This document shows positions 7,416-16,704 of a DNA stretch of 34,662 nt, one piece after another (position 1 is the stretch's first letter; the number at the start of each line of letters is the position of its first letter). The stretch lies in contig JAQBYT010000040.1 of assembly GCA_027622665.1 (NCBI GenBank), positions 1-34,662 of the forward strand. Direction: 5' to 3'. The notes under the pieces are model-generated. The model saw nothing but the letters and a program-made list of their open reading frames with translations. It searched no databases and had not been told where the DNA came from. The stretch is from Verrucomicrobiota bacterium. Lineage in GTDB: Bacteria; Verrucomicrobiota; Verrucomicrobiia; Opitutales; Seribacteraceae. The translations under genes were made by a program, and so were the position numbers.

Positions 7416-9086
7416 ATGCATTTTTTGAGATACGTCGTTCCGGTACTTACCCTTTGTTCGGGACTCTTGCTCGGCCAAGAGTCTCATGAGCATCACAAAA
7501 ACCACACCGTCGGCAAATTCGACCCCGTGGTGGAGAATCTTCCCCCTCCGGGATTCGGTAAGGTTGACCACGTGATAGAGATCGAAACCTTGAGAGGACG
7601 GATGCGGTACGACCAGGAACGTTTTACGGTGGGGCCGGGTTCCAAGGTGAAACTCGTGCTGGGGAACAACGACGACATGCCTCACAATTTGGTGTTGTGC
7701 AAGCCTTCGATCGCAAACGTGGGCATGGAAGTGTCGAAGAAGGCATGGGCCTTAGGTGGAGATGCCATCGCCAAGCATTACGTGCCGGAACACCCGGCTA
7801 TTCTTTTTCACACGACTCTGGTTCCGCCTCGCAGTTCCCAATCCTTCTATTTTAAGGCTCCATCAAAAACGGGTTCCTACCCATACGTATGCACCTTGCC
7901 AGGGCATGCGTTCTACATGAAGGGGGTTATGAGCGTAGCCACAATCATTAAGACTCCAACGGGAAAACCAGTCGGATTCTCCGAAACGACTTTTCGAACC
8001 TACAAAGGGAAATGGGATCGCCTGCCGGATTTCGACAAGTTGAAACCCGTATCAGAGGGCAAAGTAGGCAATGCCTTGATCGGCACGCAATTTGCAAAAA
8101 TGGAAAACCAATTCGGAATCGTGTTCGAAGGCGTATTGTCCGTTCCCGGTTCGGGTCGATACTCCTTTGAACTTGGGTCTAACGACGGATCACGACTCGA
8201 AGTCAACGGCGAACGAATCGTAGACAACGACGGCACCCACGGACATCAGACCAAAACCGGGGGAATCAACCTGAAGCCCGGCGACCATCCCTTCCGTCTG
8301 CTATACTTTCAAAAAGACTCCGAGAAGAGCCTGAACCTGCGATGGCGTGGCCCCGGGATCTCGACTGCCTGGCTCACCAAACCGCCATCCGGGAAAAACG
8401 GCTCCGGGATGCCCATTAGGCCCGAAGTCGAGGGAGACGCCGTAATCTACCGAAATTTCATTGCAGAAGCCGGTACTCGCGCAATTGCCGTGGGTTATCC
8501 TCAGGGCGTGAACCTGGCTTTCGATGCCAACCAAGTGCGACTCGCCCTATTGTGGCAAGGGGCATTCATGGATGGTGGTCGGCACTGGTCGGGTCGAGGT
8601 GAAGGGTTTCAACCACCTGCGGGTTTCGCCAAGCTAAGCTTTCCCGAGCTTTCTCCGTTTGCCTTTCTCGACAAAGTCGATTCCCCATGGCCTTTGCCGG
8701 AGAACGGTCGTTCTTCAGGATATCGCTTTAAGGGTTATGAAAGGGACAAACTGCGGCGACCTGCGTTTCTTTACGAATTCCATGACGTGAAAGTTAGGGA
8801 TTTCCCAATGGGGGCAACGGAGCTGTCGCCATACCTTAATCGAAAGTTCACGGTCGAAAGCGAATCGAAGCAGGGCAAACTCCATTATCTAGCTGCGGCA
8901 GGGAATACAATCGAGTCTAGTGGCAAAACCTATCTAGTGGATGGTAAATATGCCGTATCCTTTCCCGATTTGAAGAACCTCAAGCCTGTGTTGAGGGAAT
9001 CCGCGGGGCGTAAAGAGTTGCTACTCCCATTAGAGGTTGAGGGGGAATTGTCCTTTGTTCAGCGCTATGATTGGCATTACGAATGA
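7416..9086 (+). CDS. Secreted azurin/plastocyanin-type cupredoxin + PA14 domain fusion with a PVC-type C-terminal domain
   Basis: Signal peptide from ATG 7416 (MHFLRYVVPVLTLCSGLLLG), His-rich HEHHKNH, type-1 Cu ligands MPHN...YPYVCTLPGHAFYM, PA14 signature GRYSFELGSNDGSRLEVNG...DNDGTHG. Confidence 0.85.
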   Translation: MHFLRYVVPVLTLCSGLLLGQESHEHHKNHTVGKFDPVVENLPPPGFGKVDHVIEIETLRGRMRYDQERFTVGPGSKVKLVLGNNDDMPHNLVLCKPSIANVGMEVSKKAWALGGDAIAKHYVPEHPAILFHTTLVPPRSSQSFYFKAPSKTGSYPYVCTLPGHAFYMKGVMSVATIIKTPTGKPVGFSETTFRTYKGKWDRLPDFDKLKPVSEGKVGNALIGTQFAKMENQFGIVFEGVLSVPGSGRYSFELGSNDGSRLEVNGERIVDNDGTHGHQTKTGGINLKPGDHPFRLLYFQKDSEKSLNLRWRGPGISTAWLTKPPSGKNGSGMPIRPEVEGDAVIYRNFIAEAGTRAIAVGYPQGVNLAFDANQVRLALLWQGAFMDGGRHWSGRGEGFQPPAGFAKLSFPELSPFAFLDKVDSPWPLPENGRSSGYRFKGYERDKLRRPAFLYEFHDVKVRDFPMGATELSPYLNRKFTVESESKQGKLHYLAAAGNTIESSGKTYLVDGKYAVSFPDLKNLKPVLRESAGRKELLLPLEVEGELSFVQRYDWHYE

Positions 9087-9208
9087 AGCTGAATTCCTTT
9101 TCGAGTATTCCGGTCAAGTATCTAGGAAAGCTCGTACTTGGCCTCCGTTCGGAAACGGAAAACCGGCAAGGTTTGCTTTTCCTTTCCATATTTCACTAAG
9201 ATTGATGG

Positions 9209-9520
9209 ATGAAGGTACTCTTCACTCTAATCCTCGGTGTGCTATCGATCGCAACAGGCTGCTCCCATGACAGCAGATCCATTATCGAGGACTGGAAGGA
9301 TGATGACTGGAGGGTGGAAGGAGAGTTCGGCAAGGCAGGTCCCTTTAAGTCGCACAGTCACTTGAAGAGCGAACGAGCTAAAGCCGTTGAAGTTTTCTGG
9401 ATAACAAGAGGTAAAAGGAAAACCAAGCGATACCCGCAGAACTCGAAATTCTATCTGGCTATACATTTCTACAAGGAGGACGGCGATGTCTTCGCCGTGG
9501 TCATGAGCAAAAGCAAGTGA
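9209..9520 (+). CDS. Small hypothetical lipoprotein
   Basis: MKVLFTLILGVLSIATG-C lipobox; 103 aa. Confidence 0.7.
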   Translation: MKVLFTLILGVLSIATGCSHDSRSIIEDWKDDDWRVEGEFGKAGPFKSHSHLKSERAKAVEVFWITRGKRKTKRYPQNSKFYLAIHFYKEDGDVFAVVMSKSK

Positions 9521-9539
9521 GATCCCTTTTTCGAGAATC

Positions 9540-9965
9540 ATGGAAGAACCCGCACCCCTTTCCCCGTCGCAACCTGATCTAGATTCCCCATGGTGCGGGA
9601 ACTGCGAGTTGCATACTGAATACAAAGTCGTGCGAGGAAACATAACGCGCCTTGATTCCGACTCGGGAACCTATTCCGAGACTGTGGAGGTTAGGCGTTG
9701 TCTCGAATGCAACGAGGAAATGTTTATGATTAAAGACTACAAAACCCTGATCACTGTAGTGAATGTAACTCTTTCATTGATTTGGTTGAGCCTTTTTTAT
9801 TGCTCCTTTTACCTATTCCAAGAACCGAGATCATTTTGCTCGGCATTCTTGATCTACACGGTTCCGATAACTTTGGCTTGGTTTTTCCCCACAAAGGCAA
9901 GGAAGCGGTACGGTCATTGGAAAAAATGGGCAGAAACTCAGATTTTTTGGGAATTACCCAATTGA
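9540..9965 (+). CDS. Zn-ribbon membrane protein
   Basis: CGNC...CLEC pair followed by two hydrophobic helices. Confidence 0.65.
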   Translation: MEEPAPLSPSQPDLDSPWCGNCELHTEYKVVRGNITRLDSDSGTYSETVEVRRCLECNEEMFMIKDYKTLITVVNVTLSLIWLSLFYCSFYLFQEPRSFCSAFLIYTVPITLAWFFPTKARKRYGHWKKWAETQIFWELPN

Positions 9966-10019
9966 TCCCGTCAAGGCTTATTGGAACCACTTTCCAGTAA
10001 CGTTCGCGTGGCATGGTGA

Positions 10020-10049
10020 TTGACGAAACCGTGGTTCAAATGCTTTAAT
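10020..10049 (+). promoter_or_regulatory. Sigma70-like promoter
   Basis: TTGACG, 18-nt spacer ending TGC (extended -10), TTTAAT; 9 nt before ATG 10059. Confidence 0.45.
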
Positions 10050-10058
10050 TAGAAAGAA

Positions 10059-10424
10059 ATGGCCCTCATTAACTGCCCGGAGTGCAATTCAAAGTTAAGC
10101 CAACATGCCGACCTATGTCTTAGATGCGGTTTGCCTCGCCAAAGATTTGCCATGGTGGAAGCCGAAAAGGCTAGACTCAAGAGAGCCAAAGTGAAGGATG
10201 AATCGTTTTACGGGATAAATGTTTCCGCGAACACGGCAGCAACCCTTTGCACCAAATGCGGCACGAGGACGGGGTTCATTTCAAGCGAGATCGGTAGCAA
10301 ATGCCCCGAATGCGATCCGCCAATGCCGGGGCATGAGACTTTTTGGGAAAGCCATACGGAGAGCAAGAGATTGGCACAAGAGAAACTGAAGCAATGGGAG
10401 GCATCTCAAGCCGAAAAGCCTTAG
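10059..10424 (+). CDS. Double zinc-ribbon protein
   Basis: MALINCPEC...CLRCG (typical N-terminal zinc ribbon) and a second CTKC...CPEC pair. Confidence 0.7.
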   Translation: MALINCPECNSKLSQHADLCLRCGLPRQRFAMVEAEKARLKRAKVKDESFYGINVSANTAATLCTKCGTRTGFISSEIGSKCPECDPPMPGHETFWESHTESKRLAQEKLKQWEASQAEKP

Positions 10425-10515
10425 GTCCTGCACACCAGGACGACAAGCTTCGTGAATCATGGTTATTTGCCTCGCACTACCCGTTGATGAGCAGGTGAGC
10501 TCAGTCCGCTTTGCT

Positions 10516-11030
10516 TCAAGCCACTGCCTTACTTTCCGGGGTTTCATGCATCGAAGGATGGGCATACGCCGCTCTAGCGGCGTTCAAAGTCGAGTCACTA
10601 GCTGCGTTGCGAATTTCCAAACTCGCTAACGGAAGGCCAGTTGCCCCTGTGGCATGAAACATAAGATTCGCCCCAATGCCGGACGGCGAAGGCCCGGTTC
10701 CAAGGTCTCGGTCCAGTTCAAGGCTACCGACGGATCTTGTCGTGGCCACGAACCCACGAGTCTTTCAGTGAGTTCCTGGTGAAAGACCTTGGTGCCTCTC
10801 ATTGCGTCTGTCCACTCGGCGGCAGCAGCTGGTTCTCGCTCAGCCAATTCATTGGCGACGCGAACAACCACTCTCCAAGCGACTCGCTCGTCGTCCATGT
10901 TATGCATTAACCAGCTTGCCGCTTGAGATGGGTTTTGAATTACCGCTCGTTTAAGAACTTCATCGAGAGCTGTGCTGGTAAATCAAGGATCGTTGATCGT
11001 GCGAACAGTTTGAGTAGCTCATGCCAAAGC
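10516..11030 (-). pseudogene. Decayed helical-repeat protein (DP..A..W repeats)
   Basis: INDP*FTSTALDEVLKRAVIQNPSQAASWLMHNM...REPAAAAEW...QDPSVALNW: in-frame TGA at 10985-10983 and apparent frameshifts downstream; boundaries approximate. Confidence 0.55.
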
Positions 11031-11281
11031 ACCCTCGACTCCGTGCTGTTAAACGACGGATTTACCGATTACGCCGACAAGTCTATGCCTCAAACCTTCG
11101 TTTTTTAGGTTTGCGACAAATTTATGGAGCCCATCCAGATCGATTCTCCCCCACCGTCGAACAAGCCCGAGATAAAGCCCATGATCAGGTTTTGCCATAA
11201 TGTGAGATTAACAGCGGAAACAACTGAGAGATTACAAGAGATTGAGCAGGATCAAGATAAAAGACAAAATACAGGGAACAA

Positions 11282-12610
11282 TCAACGAACCTTGGATTTC
11301 AGTTGATCCACTAGGACTGCAATGAGGATGACGATTCCGTAGACTACGCTCTGCATATGTGCCTCAACGCCCGTCAGGTTCATTCCATTGCGGATTACGC
11401 CGATGATGAGGGCACCGATCAAGGTGCCGAAGATGCGTCCTTGTCCACCTGCAAGACTGGTGCCCCCAACCACTACGGCAGCAATGACCTGCAACTCGAG
11501 CATGTTGCCGGCCTTGGGGTCGCCCGTGATGTGCAGAGATGCCTCCATGACGCCGCCCAGTCCGGCGAGAAGCCCACACAGGGTGTAAACGAAGACCAAA
11601 ACCCACTTTACGGGAACGCCCGAGAGACGTGCTGCCTCTGGATTACCGCCCACCGCATAGATATAGCGACCGATGGTTGTTCGAGTCATCAATAGGTGAG
11701 CCAGGGCAAAGAGAAACAGCATCAGCAAAACGGAGTTGGGGAGTCCCAAAAATCCCTCACCGCGACCCAACCAACCAAATCCCGAGTTTTGCACGGGGAT
11801 TGGAGATGACTCGGCAAGAATGAAAGACATTCCGCGGGCCACGAACATCACACCCAGAGTCACGATGAAGGCGGGAATGCCGAACATGGTGACCATGCCG
11901 CCTGTGAACATCCCAATAAGCCCGCAGGCAAGGATTCCGGTGGCGATCCCAATGAGCAAGTGGGTAGTCGTGGGAGAATCGCCGCCAACCGACTGGATGG
12001 CGAGGGCTGTCACCACGCCGGAAAAGGCGATGAGACTTCCGACCGACAAATCGATTCCTGCAGTGATGATAATCATAGTCATTCCAATCGCGATGATCGC
12101 CACCACCGAGATCTGCTTCATTATGTTCAGGAGGTTGGCTTTCTTCAGGAAATTAGGCCATTTGTAACTGGAAGGAGTGTAGACCTTTGCTTTTCCCAAC
12201 GACGGGTACTTACTTGTGAGTTTCGGCAACTGTTCCTTGCAGAAATTGGCCATGTGACGATCCGCTGCAATGACGGTGAGATGGGTATCGGATTCCGCGA
12301 TCGCAACTAATGCCTTGCGAGCCCCGATGGGCTGAGTGACGGCGGTGTCGAGCACATTTAATCCCGCCGCCTTCAGTTCTGTAGTAAGCACATGGGCGAA
12401 GGACTCGCCGTTTCCACCTTGCCGAACGAGCACCAAGGCGTTGCTCCCCTTGCCGTGCGTATTCGCTAAATTGGCGACAAGGGTTTGGGCCGCATCATCA
12501 TCAGAAGGCCATTGCTCTTCCATTGTGACAAAACTAAATCCGGCTCCAAGCAGGAGCAGGACAAGAATCGTCCCGTATTCCGATAAAAGTTTCTTCCAGT
12601 TTGAATTCAT
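11282..12610 (-). CDS. rbsC: Ribose/sugar ABC transporter permease (RbsC-like) with an inserted extracytoplasmic domain
   Basis: IIITAGIDLSVGS, GRYIYAVGGNPEAARLSGVPV and ELQVIAAVVVGGTSLAGGQG motifs; about 120 extra soluble residues after TM1. Symbol reflects family, not proven substrate. Confidence 0.88.
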   Translation of the reverse strand: MNSNWKKLLSEYGTILVLLLLGAGFSFVTMEEQWPSDDDAAQTLVANLANTHGKGSNALVLVRQGGNGESFAHVLTTELKAAGLNVLDTAVTQPIGARKALVAIAESDTHLTVIAADRHMANFCKEQLPKLTSKYPSLGKAKVYTPSSYKWPNFLKKANLLNIMKQISVVAIIAIGMTMIIITAGIDLSVGSLIAFSGVVTALAIQSVGGDSPTTTHLLIGIATGILACGLIGMFTGGMVTMFGIPAFIVTLGVMFVARGMSFILAESSPIPVQNSGFGWLGRGEGFLGLPNSVLLMLFLFALAHLLMTRTTIGRYIYAVGGNPEAARLSGVPVKWVLVFVYTLCGLLAGLGGVMEASLHITGDPKAGNMLELQVIAAVVVGGTSLAGGQGRIFGTLIGALIIGVIRNGMNLTGVEAHMQSVVYGIVILIAVLVDQLKSKVR

Positions 12611-12617
12611 AAAGTAA

Positions 12618-14132
12618 TTATCCTACGGCAATTTTCATGATGTCCTGCTGAGTCGCGTTTGGGACGTCGATGATCTCGCCTTTGACCTCTCCCTCGTGCA
12701 TGACGACTATTCGGTCGCTCATCCCTAGAACTTCGGGTAGTTCCGAGCTAATCATCAAAATCGCTGTTCCCTTAGAGGCCAAACGATTCATTAATTGATA
12801 AATTTCATACTTGGCTCCAACGTCTATACCCCGTGTAGGTTCATCGAAAATGAGCACTTCGGCATTCCGTTCCAACCACTTGGCGAGAACGACCTTTTGT
12901 TGATTTCCTCCCGAGAGGGTTGCTGCAACTTGATCTGGACCAGTCATTTTTATCTGAAGCTTTTTGCCATGCTCCACCATGGCCGAACGCTCCCGAGCTC
13001 GATCAATCCAGTTGTAACGCGAGAAGGACTTCAGGTTCGGCAATCCGAAGTTCTCCAATATGGTTTGCCCCAAAACGAGCCCCTGAGCCTTACGATCTTC
13101 AGTAAGTAGACAGATCCCGGAAGCAATAGCTTCACGAGGATTCCTCAAGGAGAGCTCTTTGCCATCCAGGGTAATCTTTCCCGACTCAGGCTTATCTGCC
13201 CCAAACAGGATACGAGCCGTCTCAGTCCGACCAGAACCGACCAACCCGGTCAATCCGAGAATTTCCCCACTTCGAACGGACAAATCGACGTTCTTCACCT
13301 TGGCTCCACGATTCATTCCTTTGCAAGCCAAGCGAACATCTCCGATTTCGGCAACCTCCTTGGGATATTCCTCGTCGATACTGCGCCCCACCATCAGTTC
13401 GATCATGGCTTCGCGGGTAAGCTCTCCAATGGGACGAGTGGCTACGTGAGCTCCGTCTCGAAGGAAGGTGACGCGGTCCGCCACCGTAAAGATCTCATCC
13501 AGTCTATGGCTTATGTAGATGATGCCGATACCGCTTGCCTTCAAGCCCTCGATGACCTTGAACAACCCCTCGACTTCACGGGGCGAGAGAGAAGCGCTCG
13601 GTTCATCCATGATCAGAATGCGAGCATCCGTTGCCAACGCCTTGGCGATTTCAACAATCTGCTGTTCGGCCACGGTGAGATTTAGGCAGAGAGTTGCCGG
13701 ATCAATGTCGGAACCGAGCCGATCGAACAGCTCCCTAGCCATTTCACGCTCACGCTTGGCAGGAAGGATACAAATGCGACTCGGTTCCCGTCCTAGGAAT
13801 ATGTTTTCCCGGGCGGACAACCCAGGAACGAGATTGAACTCTTGATAGATGACCGCGAGTCCTGCGGCTAAGGCATCTTGAGGGCCATTAATTCGTACGG
13901 GACTACCATTAAGTTCAATTACGCCTTCGTCGGGAAGATGAGCCCCGCCGAGCATTTTGATAAGGGTGCTCTTCCCTGCTCCGTTTTCCCCGAGCAAGGC
14001 AAGACACTCTCCCGAATGGAGTTCCAATTCGACATCCTTGAGCGCATGTACTCCGGGAAAACGCTTATGAATCCCCCGCATGTAAAGCAGGGGGACACTC
14101 GATCTATTCGAGACTGACTCGACTTGGCCCAC
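12618..14132 (-). CDS. rbsA: Sugar ABC transporter ATP-binding protein (RbsA-like, two NBDs)
   Basis: GENGAGKSTL Walker A, ILIMDEP, LSGGNQQKV, DEPTRGIDVGAK. Confidence 0.93.
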   Translation of the reverse strand: MGQVESVSNRSSVPLLYMRGIHKRFPGVHALKDVELELHSGECLALLGENGAGKSTLIKMLGGAHLPDEGVIELNGSPVRINGPQDALAAGLAVIYQEFNLVPGLSARENIFLGREPSRICILPAKREREMARELFDRLGSDIDPATLCLNLTVAEQQIVEIAKALATDARILIMDEPSASLSPREVEGLFKVIEGLKASGIGIIYISHRLDEIFTVADRVTFLRDGAHVATRPIGELTREAMIELMVGRSIDEEYPKEVAEIGDVRLACKGMNRGAKVKNVDLSVRSGEILGLTGLVGSGRTETARILFGADKPESGKITLDGKELSLRNPREAIASGICLLTEDRKAQGLVLGQTILENFGLPNLKSFSRYNWIDRARERSAMVEHGKKLQIKMTGPDQVAATLSGGNQQKVVLAKWLERNAEVLIFDEPTRGIDVGAKYEIYQLMNRLASKGTAILMISSELPEVLGMSDRIVVMHEGEVKGEIIDVPNATQQDIMKIAVG

Positions 14133-14142
14133 GGCGGGCTAT

Positions 14143-15144
14143 CTATTTGAGCTCAGGGTCTTGATCCGCATCGGCCTTCTTGTAGAGAGAAGTGGGGATG
14201 AGAACCGTCTTCTCAACCACTTCGCCAGCTAAATGGCTAATGATTTGCTCCACGATCCGGACACCCATCTTACGGGGAAATTGAATGGGATCGGCGTAAA
14301 CCTTACCCTCCTTGATGGCGATCTTGCCTTCCATTTGGCCGTCAAAGCCAATAATCTTGATGGACTCGGTTCTTCCCGCCTCATCGATTGCGGTGTAGGC
14401 TCCGAGTGCACCGGGGTCGTTGATGGCGAAAACACCGACCAGATCCGTATGAGCCTGAAGCTGATCTGCCGTCGCCTTGTAGCTGTCCGTACGGTTACCT
14501 CCGGATGCAAGTTCAGCAACGATTTCGATCTTGCCCGTCTCCTTGCCGGCGTTGTGGGCATTGATTACCTTTTTGAATCCATCGACGCGAAGAATACACG
14601 AATTCGCGATCTTGTGATCGAGCACCAAAACCTTTCCCCCACTATCGCCCAGAGCATCGATCATGGCCCGTCCCGCCAATTCGCCGCCTTGGAAATTATC
14701 CGTTCCCACATGGCTGACGATCTCCACGCCTTCGGCAGCGCACTGAGCATCTACGGTGAATACGGGAATCCCCGCCTTGTTCGCCTCTTTCACTGCGGGA
14801 CCAATCGAGATTCGGTTGCATGGCACCAGCACAATGGCGGTGACCTGCTTGGATATGACGTCGTCGATCTGGTCGGACTGGGTTTTAACGTCCTCATTGG
14901 GATCGAGCATAAGGGTTTCGTAACCGTGTTTCTTGGCAGTCGCCTCGATACTGTCGCCAATAATCTTGAAGAAGGGGTTTGATAAGGTGAGAGGCGAATA
15001 AGCGATTACGCCCTTGACCGTATTTGGGACCATTGACCCGTTGGCATCTCCGCTCCCGGATGATTCGTCGCCTCCGCCACATCCGGACAAAGCCAGTGTG
15101 AAGGAAATTAAAATCGATGCTAGAAAGTGTTTTCTGTTGTTCAT
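14143..15144 (-). CDS. rbsB: Sugar ABC transporter substrate-binding lipoprotein (RbsB-like)
   Basis: Lipobox LALSG-C; LSNPFF, VGTDNFQGG, VFAIND and IIGFDG motifs of class I periplasmic binding proteins. Confidence 0.88.
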   Translation of the reverse strand: MNNRKHFLASILISFTLALSGCGGGDESSGSGDANGSMVPNTVKGVIAYSPLTLSNPFFKIIGDSIEATAKKHGYETLMLDPNEDVKTQSDQIDDVISKQVTAIVLVPCNRISIGPAVKEANKAGIPVFTVDAQCAAEGVEIVSHVGTDNFQGGELAGRAMIDALGDSGGKVLVLDHKIANSCILRVDGFKKVINAHNAGKETGKIEIVAELASGGNRTDSYKATADQLQAHTDLVGVFAINDPGALGAYTAIDEAGRTESIKIIGFDGQMEGKIAIKEGKVYADPIQFPRKMGVRIVEQIISHLAGEVVEKTVLIPTSLYKKADADQDPELK

Positions 15145-15246
15145 AGGTTCAATGGATTTGGATGAAGGAGAGAATGAAGGAATATACTAACGGCAAGCAA
15201 GCATCCATATTTAATCGGGCCATTAGGTTTTGAGATTGAAAAGAAA

Positions 15247-16695
15247 TTAGGCGATGATGTCGTGAACGACTTGACCGTGCACGTCGGTGAGGCGGTAGTC
15301 GCGACCGGAGTAACGGTAGGTCAGCTTCTTGTGATCCAGTCCCATCAGGTGAAGAATTGTGGCGTGCAGGTCGTGAACGTGAACGCGGTTTTCGACAGCC
15401 GAACAACCAAATTCATCGGTCGCCCCGTAAGTGAAGCCTGCCTTTACCCCGCCACCGGCCATCCATACGGTATACCCATAGTGATCATGGTCTCGCCCTT
15501 TAGCGCCTTCGGACGTCGGGGCGCGACCGAACTCACCGCCCCAGAGGACTAGCGTGTCCTCCAGCATGCCGCGACTCTTCAAGTCCTTAAGCAATGCCGC
15601 AATTCCTTGGTCGCACGCTTGGGCTAGGTCTCTGTGACCATCGACGATATTACCGTGACCCGTGTCCCATGCGATATCGTAACCGCTAATGGAGTGGGAG
15701 AGCTGCACCACCCGCACGCCCCGCTCGACGAGTCGACGCGCAATAAGGCAACCTTTTGCGAAATGGCTGTCGCCGTATAGCTTTCGAGTGGCTTCGCTTT
15801 CCTTGGCCACGTCGAATACGTCGGGCACGGAAAACTGCATGCGGAAAGCCATCTCCATTGCCTGAATGCCGGCTTCGAGTTTTTGGTCCTGCTGCAGGCG
15901 ATCCAAGTGAATCCTGTTCAGGCTGGCAAGAAGGTCGGCCTGTTTGCGCTGATCTTCTCGACCAAGAGAAGCGTTCTTTAGGTCGCTCAATATGGCGTCG
16001 GGCTTCATTCGGCCGATATTGACGTACGATCCCGCGTAAGCTCCCGGAAGGAAGGAATTGCCCCAATTGGCGATCTTGCCGCGTGGCTGGGCCACGGGAG
16101 ACATCGCCACAAACCCGGGCAGATTGTCCGTGTCCGCTCCCAGACCATAAGTGAGCCATGACCCCATGCTTGGTCGATTCGCCTGAAGGGCTCCGAGATT
16201 AGTCATGAGGATTCCGCCGGCATGTTCGGGAATATTTGTATGCATCGAGTGAATGAAACTAATGTCGTCCACGCACTGAGCAGTTTCGGGAAATATATCG
16301 CTAACCATCTTGCCGCACTCGCCGTAACGCTTGAAACCGAATGGAGATGGCATCAGCCCAAGCTTGGTATTTCGGAGGGTCTTTCGGTCAACAATGGAGG
16401 GGCGTTCACCAGCGTGCTTCGCAAGCATGGGTTTGTAGTCAAAAGTATCCACTTGGGAAGGTCCGCCCGGCATGAAGAGTTGTATTATTCGTTTGGCCTT
16501 GGCGGGAAAGTGAGGTTCCTTGGGGGCGAGAGGATTTGGTGAAGAACCGGTCGCTCCAGATAGACTCCCCTGCCCCATCATTCCCGCCAGACCGATGCTC
16601 CCCATCCCTGCCCCAATCTTCGACAAGGCGTCCCGTCGAGTCATTTGCTGCGATATTGCTGCGCGATATTCCCTGAGATGCTGTCGATACTTCAT
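15247..16695 (-). CDS. DUF1501 family protein (Tat-exported, alkaline-phosphatase/sulfatase-like fold)
   Basis: TRRDAL twin-Arg signal; LFMPGGPSQVDTFDYKP, ARRLVERGVRVVQ, WDTGH, WGGEFGRAP, GRDH, HVHDLHATILHLMG. Confidence 0.92.
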   Translation of the reverse strand: MKYRQHLREYRAAISQQMTRRDALSKIGAGMGSIGLAGMMGQGSLSGATGSSPNPLAPKEPHFPAKAKRIIQLFMPGGPSQVDTFDYKPMLAKHAGERPSIVDRKTLRNTKLGLMPSPFGFKRYGECGKMVSDIFPETAQCVDDISFIHSMHTNIPEHAGGILMTNLGALQANRPSMGSWLTYGLGADTDNLPGFVAMSPVAQPRGKIANWGNSFLPGAYAGSYVNIGRMKPDAILSDLKNASLGREDQRKQADLLASLNRIHLDRLQQDQKLEAGIQAMEMAFRMQFSVPDVFDVAKESEATRKLYGDSHFAKGCLIARRLVERGVRVVQLSHSISGYDIAWDTGHGNIVDGHRDLAQACDQGIAALLKDLKSRGMLEDTLVLWGGEFGRAPTSEGAKGRDHDHYGYTVWMAGGGVKAGFTYGATDEFGCSAVENRVHVHDLHATILHLMGLDHKKLTYRYSGRDYRLTDVHGQVVHDIIA

Positions 16696-16704
16696 GATAT
16701 TCGC

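Noticed and set aside
6730..10440. Integron cassette array
   Set aside because: The hairpins lack RYYYAAC...GTTRRRY ends, the spacers share no repeat, and there is no integrase.
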